A DNA stretch of 64,000 nucleotides from a virus (lineage: Duplodnaviria; Caudoviricetes): positions 448,001-512,000 of IMG/VR virus record IMGVR_UViG_3300037484_000435; one strand, 5' to 3'. Below the pieces are notes generated by a model. The model saw only the letters and a list, made by a program, of their open reading frames with translations, made no database searches and was not told the origin of the DNA. Shown piece by piece: positions 17,297 to 25,977 of this stretch (positions are counted from its first letter, which is position 1; each line of letters begins with the position of its first letter). Position numbers and translations under genes: made by a program.

Positions 17297-17481
17297 AATG
17301 ATGACTGAAGGCTGTTGTCGCTCCTTTCATGCTGGCGCATCCCCTCTACCAAGATTTCATATTGACCCTCACTAGGCCAAGAAGGTTTCCAAGATAAAGG
17401 TGGAATAAAATTAGTCACGAATTCCCACCCAGCATTTTCCAAAGTTTGTATTTCTTTTGATGATAGAATCATTCCTCTCAT
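17272..17481 (-). CDS. Hypothetical protein
   Basis: Packed operon ORF. Confidence 0.55.
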   Translation of the reverse strand: MRGMILSSKEIQTLENAGWEFVTNFIPPLSWKPSWPSEGQYEILVEGMRQHERSDNSLQSSLWRRKLSR

Positions 17482-17520
17482 CCTTACCTCCCCTTTAAGA
17501 TTTTTTTATTCCCCGCCCGC

Positions 17521-17760
17521 TTAATCACAGGGTATGTGTGTTATTGAGACAGCATATGGAGTTGTCAGCATCGCATAACATTTACCATCCTTCTTCACGT
17601 AACGAATTCTATTGGTGAGTTGTTCTGTTGGTGATCGTGTCTCTACAGGAACTTGATGAGTAACAGCAAAGTAAACGACTGAAGAGTAGAATACAAACGC
17701 CATCAGAACGACAATCACAATATCTTTTGTAGTCCCACGGACTAACATCCGTTGCCTCAC
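17521..17760 (-). CDS. Single-pass membrane protein
   Basis: N-terminal TM helix. Confidence 0.65.
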   Translation of the reverse strand: MRQRMLVRGTTKDIVIVVLMAFVFYSSVVYFAVTHQVPVETRSPTEQLTNRIRYVKKDGKCYAMLTTPYAVSITHIPCD

Positions 17761-17975
17761 GTACTTCCTCCTGTTACTGGTGTGGGTTTAGGGTCTTTCT
17801 TGGCGGGATTATACCACCCCTCGGGATTTCCCTTCAACAGGAACGTACACCCGCTAATTATTCTGTATGCGGTATTCCCGCATTTACATGGAATTTTCTC
17901 TTCAGCGTCTTTCATCGAAATAAACACTTCTGTTTTTTCGTTGCATACTGAACAATAATACTCGTAAATTGGCAC
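17757..17975 (-). CDS. FmdB-family zinc-ribbon protein
   Basis: MPIYEYYCxxC...CxCG...F.LKG...GWY signature. Confidence 0.85.
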   Translation of the reverse strand: MPIYEYYCSVCNEKTEVFISMKDAEEKIPCKCGNTAYRIISGCTFLLKGNPEGWYNPAKKDPKPTPVTGGST

Positions 17976-18003
17976 ACTTATCCTCCTATTCTCATTTAAT
18001 ACT

Positions 18004-18294
18004 TTATGTTTTGTCCCCGCGGTCCTTCTTCATGGGTCCACTGGCCTCCCCCGAAAAGGGTGAGGGGTATTCCTCGCCATCCAGTATTAGACTATCATCT
18101 TTAAGCCACTGTTGCAAACGAGGAATGAGCTGTTCAACTTGGTCCTGTGTTAACTGGAAGTAAGCTCCCTTACAGAATATCGTGAGCCTATTAAAGTCAT
18201 CGCCCAACAATGAACACTCATTACCGTTGGCATCCACAAACTCATAGTGGGTGTATCCATTACCATCAGCCCACCCGTAATTTGTTTTCTTCAT
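18004..18294 (-). CDS. Hypothetical protein
   Basis: Packed operon ORF. Confidence 0.65.
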   Translation of the reverse strand: MKKTNYGWADGNGYTHYEFVDANGNECSLLGDDFNRLTIFCKGAYFQLTQDQVEQLIPRLQQWLKDDSLILDGEEYPSPFSGEASGPMKKDRGDKT

Positions 18295-18920
18295 GCTACC
18301 CTCGTATCAAAAACTTTTTCATCTGGTTTAGGGCATATACCCTTACCATGATTAACGGGTTCTTCACAAGCATAGGGGTTAAATTTTTTTCCGCGTGCGT
18401 CCTCGGTATATTGGGATATTCCTACCCCAAACCCGCTTCCTCTACCTGCTTGAGATATGCGGTCAATTAGTTCTATCTGCCTCTCCCCCGGGGGCTTGCT
18501 ACTCCAGCCACGAATAAGGGCCCTAGAAAGGTCATCAGCAGGATTTGCACGTGACCCTATCCATTCAACCTTCCACCAGCGAAAACGCGACAGTTCGGCC
18601 CATATGGCTCTCTGGTAGAATTTGTATTTTCTCTTCTTAGACGGTGGCTGGTCTATAGATTTAGTTACGCTATCGTTGTCTCCCATTGCTTTTATCATAG
18701 GCACACCCCTGTTAGCGGTATGCTTGAGGAGCCACAAAAGAGCCATGTATTCTCCCTCTTGTGTATCCCCAATCTCGGGAACCACGATAGAATCCACATG
18801 TACCACCTGTTGGTATGGGTTTACCACTACTATTCCTAATCCTGTGATGTGTTCCTCAACACAAGTCACAGCATCAAAATAGCCTTGGTAAAACCAATCT
18901 TTTATTCCACTCTCTTTCAC
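18291..18920 (-). CDS. RNase HI-like protein (second paralogue)
   Basis: YFDA / GLGIVV / GEYMAL / GD / VEWI..RANPADDLS. Confidence 0.8.
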   Translation of the reverse strand: MKESGIKDWFYQGYFDAVTCVEEHITGLGIVVVNPYQQVVHVDSIVVPEIGDTQEGEYMALLWLLKHTANRGVPMIKAMGDNDSVTKSIDQPPSKKRKYKFYQRAIWAELSRFRWWKVEWIGSRANPADDLSRALIRGWSSKPPGERQIELIDRISQAGRGSGFGVGISQYTEDARGKKFNPYACEEPVNHGKGICPKPDEKVFDTRVA

Positions 18921-18981
18921 TTCACTTTTTTAACCTCCGTAATTTATGGGTAGGTGACGAAGCACCTACCCGTGAATACAT

Positions 18982-19275
18982 TTAAACCTCTAGTCTATCC
19001 AGAGCATTAGCCACAAGTTGGCTGAGAGATTCCAGCTCAGCACATATAACATTAATCCGCTCGGCATACTCAGGAGTCTCATTTACTGCTCTCAGCATTG
19101 CCTTCACATTCTCAGCCACAGGCAGGACTGGTCTTGATACAGGGTCCAACCTTTTAATTAGTTTTTCTATGTTCTCTCTGAGGACGACTGATTCAGACTC
19201 TAAGTGTCCAATACCAGTAGGAATTTGTTTTGACTCTGTTATAATACTACCTGTTTGTGTTTGTGTTCTTTCCAT
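18982..19275 (-). CDS. Coiled-coil hypothetical protein
   Basis: AAGGA RBS; heptad pattern. Confidence 0.7.
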   Translation of the reverse strand: MERTQTQTGSIITESKQIPTGIGHLESESVVLRENIEKLIKRLDPVSRPVLPVAENVKAMLRAVNETPEYAERINVICAELESLSQLVANALDRLEV

Positions 19276-19284
19276 TTCTTTTCC

Positions 19285-20235
19285 TTATTTCTTTGACTTT
19301 ACTGTCGCTACACCCTCATACTTAGGAAACTGAAAGTCATCGGGGTCGTCCATGTCATTCCACGATGGGTGTGAACCATTAGCTTCCTTTATATCGAGTA
19401 GGTTAGAGAGAAGACACTCTTTGAATTCCATAATCTGTTTAACCTTAGCTGGGCTAGTATAGTTCCACACCGCAATAACATTCCTAGGTGCGGCGGTCGT
19501 TACGCCCATGGCCATGAGCTTTGGATAGTTGAGCTTAACCATCTTATAGGGTTCACCCAATTTCTTTACGTAAGCGTCATCTAGGCTTGCTAAGGTAAAC
19601 ACGGAAGGGTCTAGATTATCAACCCATTCAATGGGCCAACCCGCCGTAGCAAAGACTGCAACTGCTTCACCACTTTTTAACATGTTGGTGGCTTCTGCAG
19701 GAGTCTTAGTTCGGACCAAGACCAAACCCGCTTGGAGTCTCTCATTCAGAAACTCACCAGTAACGATGGCACTACCAAAACAAGCAATCTTCTTACCTTT
19801 GAGGTCCCGCAAGTCTTGTATAACCATCTTCTCTTCTTTGCCCATGCCCAATTTACTTAACCAACCCCCGCTACTCTTAGACGCACTGCCGTCTTTCAGT
19901 ACAATTATGTGCAGGGAGTTAAAATGCATACCAACTAAACCACGCACATTCTTTAATACATTCGGGTCTGTGCGTTTAGCCATTTCGAGGACGTCTTCAG
20001 GAACCACACCCATATTAACTTTCCTAGTTAAGATGAGGTCTAGGTTATCAAACCCACCTGTGGTTTCTGTGTATTCCTTAACCATGGTGCACGCGGGCAC
20101 TATATTCTTGAACATCATAGAATAAGTCGATTTAGCATTTCCTGTAGCCAATGTCAATTCCTGTGCATATGATGGGGCAATTATAACCATCATTAATAAA
20201 ATTGTCAATACGAACATTTTCAATTTTGTAAGCAT
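19285..20235 (-). CDS. TAXI/NMT1-type periplasmic solute-binding-like protein
   Basis: Signal peptide; T.GGFDNL, NMGVV..DV, LHIIV, I.DLRDLKGKKI motifs of TAXI family receptors. Confidence 0.75.
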   Translation of the reverse strand: MLTKLKMFVLTILLMMVIIAPSYAQELTLATGNAKSTYSMMFKNIVPACTMVKEYTETTGGFDNLDLILTRKVNMGVVPEDVLEMAKRTDPNVLKNVRGLVGMHFNSLHIIVLKDGSASKSSGGWLSKLGMGKEEKMVIQDLRDLKGKKIACFGSAIVTGEFLNERLQAGLVLVRTKTPAEATNMLKSGEAVAVFATAGWPIEWVDNLDPSVFTLASLDDAYVKKLGEPYKMVKLNYPKLMAMGVTTAAPRNVIAVWNYTSPAKVKQIMEFKECLLSNLLDIKEANGSHPSWNDMDDPDDFQFPKYEGVATVKSKK

Positions 20236-20256
20236 AACTTTCGAATCTACCTTTTA

Positions 20257-20391
20257 CTATTTCCTAAACATTGAAGGTGGATTATCCACCGGGGTTGTAG
20301 TAGTTGTGGTTGTTGATGTATTCATCGCGAGTAACACCAGAATAATCAACAACACGAAAACACATATCCGCCTGAACCATGTCCAAAACAT
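20257..20391 (-). CDS. Small membrane-anchored protein with poly-Thr linker (44 aa, not in track)
   Basis: MFWTWFRRICVFVLLIILVLLAMNTSTTTTTTTPVDNPPSMFRK; GGGGA RBS. Confidence 0.65.
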   Translation of the reverse strand: MFWTWFRRICVFVLLIILVLLAMNTSTTTTTTTPVDNPPSMFRK

Positions 20392-20393
20392 TT

Positions 20394-21164
20394 TTATTCC
20401 CCTAGTTGACGTACGCTGGGGGCAGTTGCGGGGGTGTACTCCGGTATACTTTCCAGATGTGCCGCTTGGTCAAGAACAGTCTGTACTTCCAGCTCGCCAA
20501 AGACTTGGTCAAACTGAGCTTCAACTTCCTTGAATGCCTCATCAGTAAGAAGTTTATTGACTATATCCTTTTCTCCGTCTGCTGCATTCATAGACTGCAT
20601 TGCTGCCTTTCCAGTTTTGGCAAACTCCCATTCGAATGATTTACGTTTGATTTCTTTTTCGTATTCTTGCACAGCCTTCTTAGCCAACTTTAATTTGTCC
20701 AAGTGCTTATTATAGAAAGCAACCATGGCTGACAAGGATTTGTTGGGGCCAGAGAGGTCGTGGTCAGGGTCGAGTTTAGCTTCTTCTTCAATCATACGTC
20801 GCATGTTACTCACATGCCCCGATATTGTAGCCAAAGCTTTTTCGAACTGAGTTAATTGAGTAACCCTCTCTATTAATCTATTTTGCATCTGTTCGATAGG
20901 GTTTTGCCTAGCTTCTGCCTTTCTCCAAGAAAGTATTCTGTTCTCCAACTTCTGACCTACGAGAGGCAAGGCATAAATCATGCCCGCCCCCGCAGCACCT
21001 ACAATACCTAGGCCTAAGAGACCGAGACCGGCCAAAAAAGCACTGTAGATAATCGGTAAAGCTAGTGCTAAGCCGACAGCGGATGCCACAATAACACCAC
21101 CACGGATAACCCAGACTTGTTGATTTTGTTTTATCCCTGGTATTAGGGACGCCGCATCTCCCAT
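20394..21164 (-). CDS. Membrane-anchored coiled-coil protein (PspA-like architecture)
   Basis: Two N-terminal TM segments followed by a long helical region. Confidence 0.75.
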   Translation of the reverse strand: MGDAASLIPGIKQNQQVWVIRGGVIVASAVGLALALPIIYSAFLAGLGLLGLGIVGAAGAGMIYALPLVGQKLENRILSWRKAEARQNPIEQMQNRLIERVTQLTQFEKALATISGHVSNMRRMIEEEAKLDPDHDLSGPNKSLSAMVAFYNKHLDKLKLAKKAVQEYEKEIKRKSFEWEFAKTGKAAMQSMNAADGEKDIVNKLLTDEAFKEVEAQFDQVFGELEVQTVLDQAAHLESIPEYTPATAPSVRQLGE

Positions 21165-21185
21165 CCACTTTTCTCCTTTTTACTT

Positions 21186-22238
21186 TTAAGCAAACTCTGT
21201 TCCTTTCCCCTTCGCGTGTCGGTCCTCATACGCATCGGATTTGTATTTCAAAATGACACGCCCAAATGCTGGGTCGTATCTTTCTTCCTGGGGTCTTATA
21301 ATTACACCCTCACTCATATGAGCGGATTCGGGTGGCATTAGTTGGGTGTTCTGGTTTGCACACTCCTTCATCCCTTCTTCGCTATAAGGTCCCACATAAA
21401 CGATTGGAACAAACTCTACATTGTGTTTGCGACACCAATCTTCAGCTTCTTGCCAGTTTAGGAATTTCCCATCCACACTAATATCGAACGCTCGATAGGC
21501 TAGTTCATTGTTGCGTCCGTATTTAAGGTCCTGCACACGACCAAATATTTCACCATAAACTATGACCGCATGTGCATGATAGGTAATCCTAATTTCCTCT
21601 AACATAGGCTCGACCAACTTAAGCGGGTATTGATAGAGGCTCAACTTCTTTGGGTCACCTTCTACAGGGTCCACATATTTCTTTCGTGTGTTGTGGGAAC
21701 CAATCATGTATATTAGGTCATCCCCGTCTTGAATCAAACCTACCTTTGAATTCGTGCCATGAATTTTTTCTTCGTAGCATACTAGTTCACCCCGTGTGAA
21801 TAAGTCAGGATAATTCCTCCAGTTCTCAACATGAGAGTAGTTAGTAAACAAAGGGTGGTCTTGTTCTTGGTCCCCAGAGTTTGGGACTAGTGGTTGTACA
21901 TATTTTGTTATGCCCAACTGTTCGGAAACTTCTTGTCCTACTTCAAAGTCCCAAACATTTGAGGCCGCTATCCCAAAGCTGAACTCTTGACGAAGTTTCA
22001 CCTGCCCAACACGGTTCCCCTTCTTCAAGTATTTTACAACATCGAGTTGCTCAGCCAATTCTTGCGGGAGAACAGCGTCAGGTGGAATAAAAACCCTTAA
22101 TTCACCTACCTGTGGATTCGTATCTTTATGTGTGCATACCTGCCAGCCCATAATTTCAATTAACAATAAGTTATCTGCATTTGGGTGCGGTTTTACTTCC
22201 TTTATAGGCACACAACGAACAATTAGACTACTTGGCAT
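21186..22238 (-). CDS. ATP-dependent RNA ligase, DRB0094 family (N-terminal OB/tRNA-binding domain)
   Basis: HPNAD.L N-terminus; nucleotidyltransferase motif I EEKIHGTN, YGEIFG, EGVIIR, ILK. Start set at ATG 22238 (GGAG RBS). Confidence 0.9.
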   Translation of the reverse strand: MPSSLIVRCVPIKEVKPHPNADNLLLIEIMGWQVCTHKDTNPQVGELRVFIPPDAVLPQELAEQLDVVKYLKKGNRVGQVKLRQEFSFGIAASNVWDFEVGQEVSEQLGITKYVQPLVPNSGDQEQDHPLFTNYSHVENWRNYPDLFTRGELVCYEEKIHGTNSKVGLIQDGDDLIYMIGSHNTRKKYVDPVEGDPKKLSLYQYPLKLVEPMLEEIRITYHAHAVIVYGEIFGRVQDLKYGRNNELAYRAFDISVDGKFLNWQEAEDWCRKHNVEFVPIVYVGPYSEEGMKECANQNTQLMPPESAHMSEGVIIRPQEERYDPAFGRVILKYKSDAYEDRHAKGKGTEFA

Positions 22239-22295
22239 ATATACTCCTTGAGAGGTAGGTCCCCCATAACGAGGGACCACACCTGTAAATCCGAC

Positions 22296-22622
22296 TTAGG
22301 CCTTTTTGGCTTTCTTAGCCGCCTTAGCAGGCTTCAGTGAGGCCTTCACTGTGTCCTTCACAGTAGAAGCGAACTTGAATGTGGGGGCCACGGTAGCGGG
22401 AATCTTAATCTTTTCGCCCGTCTTGGGGTTCACACCATTTCTAGCTGCACGCTGGGCAACCTTGAATGTACCCAAGCCAGCGATTCGTACTTGGCCGCCA
22501 CTTGCCAACACTGCGTTAATCTGGTCAACCAACAAATTGATTGTAGCCGCCGCACCCTTCTTGGTGCCACCTGTAAGTTCGGCCAACCTAGAGGCCAATT
22601 CCGTCTTGTTTACTGCTTCCAT
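22296..22622 (-). CDS. hup: HU DNA-binding protein with Lys/Ala tail
   Basis: NKTEL...GLGTF....RAARNGVNPKTGEKIKIPA HU signature. Confidence 0.95.
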   Translation of the reverse strand: MEAVNKTELASRLAELTGGTKKGAAATINLLVDQINAVLASGGQVRIAGLGTFKVAQRAARNGVNPKTGEKIKIPATVAPTFKFASTVKDTVKASLKPAKAAKKAKKA

Positions 22623-22751
22623 AATATCTTCCTTTTCCTTTTTCTAATCCTCTCCATGTTTTTTCTTTGTATTTGGAGAGAACGCTTTGTTTGGGGTCTC
22701 CGGGACCCATGTTCCGTTGGTAATCTACCTATCCTTTAAAGACAGGTGCTT

Positions 22752-22979
22752 TCATTCCTCATCATCGTCTTCATTAAATTTTCCGTCCAGCACATCCTGC
22801 AACGTGCCTTCCATCTCCCACGTGTGGTGACAGCATGTGCACCAGAACTCGACCAAGGGCATTATGACCTTGGGCCTGTGCTCAAGCCATACACCCTGTA
22901 CTTGAAAATAAGTGGGGGATGCGACATCCACGTTATGAACACCCAACAAGTTGGAGCCACATTGTCCGCAATGAATCAT
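22752..22979 (-). CDS. Zinc-finger hypothetical protein
   Basis: CxxC...CxCC; start at ATG 22979 overlapping the IsrB stop. Confidence 0.6.
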   Translation of the reverse strand: MIHCGQCGSNLLGVHNVDVASPTYFQVQGVWLEHRPKVIMPLVEFWCTCCHHTWEMEGTLQDVLDGKFNEDDDEE

Positions 22980-23995
22980 GACGGTACCCCGATCCACGAC
23001 CAGCGCCAACTTGAGTATGTTTTGAAATTACAGTCATTTGGTTTAATCTTTTGACTCAGGCGCTTGCCTGTTTTTAAATCGTGTAAACTCAATCGATCCC
23101 CCTTATACCCCCCAATATAAGTTAATTGATATGTAGGGTGTTTAATTATACTACCACGCTTAAATCCCAAACTCATCGTGCTCCCGTAACGTTCGGGATT
23201 GCCTCCCTTCTTTAAATGAAATCGATGAAGTTGCCTGCGGTGAAATCGTAAAAATTCAACTCTTAGAATTCTTGTCATTGGGTTTAAATTCTTACTAAAG
23301 AAAAGTTCTGTTAAACAATGAGAGTCGACATTATGGGCTTCCCAAGACTCTTCTAACTTGTTTGTGGCCTTTCTAAATTCTCTTTTTTCGCGATGTTTCT
23401 TTGTGGCAGATCCAAGTATTTTATAAAAACCAAACCTTTCTGTAAAAAATTCATATAACCAAGTTTTACCAACCTCCAAGTTACTAAAAGCATCATTCCA
23501 TTTCGAATGTCCTTTCTTAGTGAAAGCTTTAATATCTTCAATGATAATATCCGTGATTGGTAAAATCTTGTTAAGCCAACTCACTAAACGAATCTTTGTT
23601 TGCCATCTGGCTTTTATTGAGGGTGGCAAAAAAGCCTTGTTTTTTCCCTTGTAGGGATTAGGTTTTCTACAAGGTGTTTTACGTGAACGTCTGGCTTTAC
23701 GCATGTCTCGTCGTGTAGACATAGACTCACTCACCCAATCAGGGGTATTAGTGAGAATGTTTAGCACTACTTGTTTTTCTGTTGCAACCGTATAGGCCTC
23801 CCGCTTGGATCCTGTATCTATCCCAACTACAACTTTCTGTTTTTTATCGTCAGATGGTTCAGTATTGAGCCTTACACAGAATATTCCTCTCTTCCAAAAC
23901 GGAGTTGCTTTACCTAATTTAATCCATCGTCTGGCCCTAGAAGGAGTTGTAGGCATTAAAGGGTTTTGCTCTTTGTCAATTACTGGAACTAACAT
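22976..23995 (-). CDS. isrB: IsrB (HNH-less IscB relative; RRXRR/PLMP plus RuvC)
   Basis: PLMPT..RAR N-terminus, GIDTG, Arg-rich bridge helix, IIIED, H.VD; no HNH; 339 aa. Confidence 0.9.
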   Translation of the reverse strand: MLVPVIDKEQNPLMPTTPSRARRWIKLGKATPFWKRGIFCVRLNTEPSDDKKQKVVVGIDTGSKREAYTVATEKQVVLNILTNTPDWVSESMSTRRDMRKARRSRKTPCRKPNPYKGKNKAFLPPSIKARWQTKIRLVSWLNKILPITDIIIEDIKAFTKKGHSKWNDAFSNLEVGKTWLYEFFTERFGFYKILGSATKKHREKREFRKATNKLEESWEAHNVDSHCLTELFFSKNLNPMTRILRVEFLRFHRRQLHRFHLKKGGNPERYGSTMSLGFKRGSIIKHPTYQLTYIGGYKGDRLSLHDLKTGKRLSQKIKPNDCNFKTYSSWRWSWIGVPS

Positions 23996-23999
23996 ATTT

Positions 24000-24182
24000 T
24001 ATTTGTTTTAAACCTCTTTCGAGTATATACTTCCCTTCGAGACTGACCTCAGTGTTAGTAGGCTAGGGAGGCACCAGTAACACCCTTTAATGAAATTCAG
24101 TTGTCTTCAAACGTCCTTTTCAGAACTAGACCACTCTAATCTCCTCTTACGTTGCCTGAGCAAACCCCAAAGGGCAGTTAAC
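24000..24182 (-). ncRNA. omegaRNA scaffold of IsrB
   Basis: Non-coding stretch directly upstream: GTTAACTGCCC...GGTCTAG...GCCTCCCTAGCC...CTCGAAGGGAAG, HEARO-like landmarks. Confidence 0.75.
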
Positions 24183-24627
24183 CGCCTGCATCTTGTTTTG
24201 ATGATGCAAATGCTTGCAGGAGCTGTTTCACTTTATCACCTGTTGCTCGTCCTGCGAATTGAAGCATTATTGGCTTCATTGCTTGCATAACATTTTTATA
24301 TAGTGATAAATCTATATTTGTTTGTATCCACGCTAACACTTCAGCATCGGATACACTCGGGACGTCATCTGTTGCGGGCAGATAGGATTCCAAGAGTTCA
24401 ACTGTGCGGGCGTCAGGACTTGCTAAACTTTGCTCCTTTTTAAGAGTTTTCCTGATAATTGAGACAACTCTCTCGTCTGGAAGTTTCTTGTCGGGATACT
24501 TTAACAGTTCCTCGTCACTGAGGCGGGAGAACTCACCTACAATAAAACGTAGGATACCCAGTTTCTCCTTATCTGTCCCCCCGATTCCTTCACGCATGTC
24601 TTGTGTTATTTTTTCTTGTAAGCTCAT
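24178..24627 (-). CDS. YqeY/GatB-domain protein
   Basis: MSLQEKI..DM...LR...E...D..V..II.K...LESYLP...M..IM....GR. Confidence 0.8.
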   Translation of the reverse strand: MSLQEKITQDMREGIGGTDKEKLGILRFIVGEFSRLSDEELLKYPDKKLPDERVVSIIRKTLKKEQSLASPDARTVELLESYLPATDDVPSVSDAEVLAWIQTNIDLSLYKNVMQAMKPIMLQFAGRATGDKVKQLLQAFASSKQDAGG

Positions 24628-24636
24628 TCTGTTTCC

Positions 24637-24819
24637 TTAAAAATCACTGGAATCCAAAACCAATATTTGCTCACCGCCCCTTACATCTTCGAACTTAAGG
24701 GCGTCAATTTCTCCCCACCCAAATTCTGAATCCATGATATAAGGACGAATGTCTGGGTGCAAGTCATGAACCTTTTGTAGCCTCTCGATCAGTTCTGGGA
24801 TTGTCATAGTTTCATCCAT
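24637..24819 (-). CDS. Hypothetical protein
   Basis: Packed operon ORF. Confidence 0.6.
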   Translation of the reverse strand: MDETMTIPELIERLQKVHDLHPDIRPYIMDSEFGWGEIDALKFEDVRGGEQILVLDSSDF

Positions 24820-25019
24820 CCTTGCGGTGTAAGTTTCTCAATTTTGGCTCCCCACTTAAGATAGCGGGAAATCACATTGATGATGTTATTATTTTCTTCA
24901 TGAACGATTTTTCTGGCGATGGGAGCACAGTCTACTACACGCATATCTGACGGATCCGTCTCAATGCCAAAGCAGGCTATGCCCCCATTCCTAAATGTTA
25001 TGTCTATACTATATAGCAC
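24804..25019 (-). CDS. Hypothetical protein
   Basis: Packed operon ORF. Confidence 0.65.
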   Translation of the reverse strand: MLYSIDITFRNGGIACFGIETDPSDMRVVDCAPIARKIVHEENNNIINVISRYLKWGAKIEKLTPQGWMKL

Positions 25020-25028
25020 GTTTAATCC

Positions 25029-25409
25029 TCAGGCACTCCACTTTATTACAATAGGATCGGCATCTGGGGTGCATAGATTCATTTGGTAGGCTCTCACCAC
25101 AAAGTTTGCAATGACGGCGATGTTTCGATGAAGTTCCTCATCCCCTATCATATCTCTATGCACGAGGAGATCAATAATGTTGTCTAGTGCTTCGTCCCAG
25201 TTGATCTTAACGATGCCCTCGGGTTGTGAGCAGGCTTCCAAGCCCAGTAATGCGGGAAGATCTTTTGCACTCCCACGTATATTGTAAGTAAGATTGAGCA
25301 ATTCCTTATTCAAATGACGATATTCAGGGTGTAGGTAACGCAAATAGCCCCAACAGCTGGCCAATATACCCCCTTTCGTAATCTGATAAGCCTCTATGTC
25401 AACGCCCAT
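25029..25409 (-). CDS. Hypothetical protein
   Basis: Packed operon ORF. Confidence 0.7.
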   Translation of the reverse strand: MGVDIEAYQITKGGILASCWGYLRYLHPEYRHLNKELLNLTYNIRGSAKDLPALLGLEACSQPEGIVKINWDEALDNIIDLLVHRDMIGDEELHRNIAVIANFVVRAYQMNLCTPDADPIVIKWSA

Positions 25410-25413
25410 GTTA

Positions 25414-25791
25414 TTATCTCCATTCTTGTATTTGGAAAGTGTTGAACTTTGGGTCTGACCTACACATCAGACGGGCTTGGCCCACACCCATATGTCCCTT
25501 ACGCATCTTGATTTCAATCGGGTGTATGAACGCACGAACTGTTTTTGTTCTATGCATTTCCCGATGTTCTTCCATTTTCATCTTCACTAGGTTAAGTGGA
25601 TTATTGTTACCACTTCTACGGTCCCAATGATGAAGGTCCTCGTCAGGAGCAATAGGGTCGTCGGGATACATCAAAGTCCATATGAGAGTATGGTAACGCA
25701 TCCAACAACCCTTGTACTCGATAGATACTCTTCCATCTCGTTGGTGGTGGATTGTGCCATATCGGAAGAGCTTTTCAAGAGGAATAGCCAT
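25414..25791 (-). CDS. HNH endonuclease (HNH_3 type)
   Basis: H.LIW...LHHWDRRSGNNNPLNL....EEH.EMH. Confidence 0.8.
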   Translation of the reverse strand: MAIPLEKLFRYGTIHHQRDGRVSIEYKGCWMRYHTLIWTLMYPDDPIAPDEDLHHWDRRSGNNNPLNLVKMKMEEHREMHRTKTVRAFIHPIEIKMRKGHMGVGQARLMCRSDPKFNTFQIQEWR

Positions 25792-25812
25792 CTCGAAATC
25801 CTTTCGTCCTGA

Positions 25813-25977
25813 TTAGGTAGGTGGCCAAAGCCACGCCACAATATCAACGGAGAACCACCCCACCAATAGGCTTATCACAACGACTAGCCACACGGGTGTT
25901 GCGACATATCCAATAAACGTACCCCAAATAACAGCAAGTAAGGTAGCTACAAGAAGCTCTTTATAAATCTGTTTCAT
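25813..25977 (-). CDS. Small 2-TM membrane protein (54 aa, not in track)
   Basis: ATGA overlap with the rtcB stop; MKQIYKELLVATLLAVIWG... Confidence 0.65.
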   Translation of the reverse strand: MKQIYKELLVATLLAVIWGTFIGYVATPVWLVVVISLLVGWFSVDIVAWLWPPT

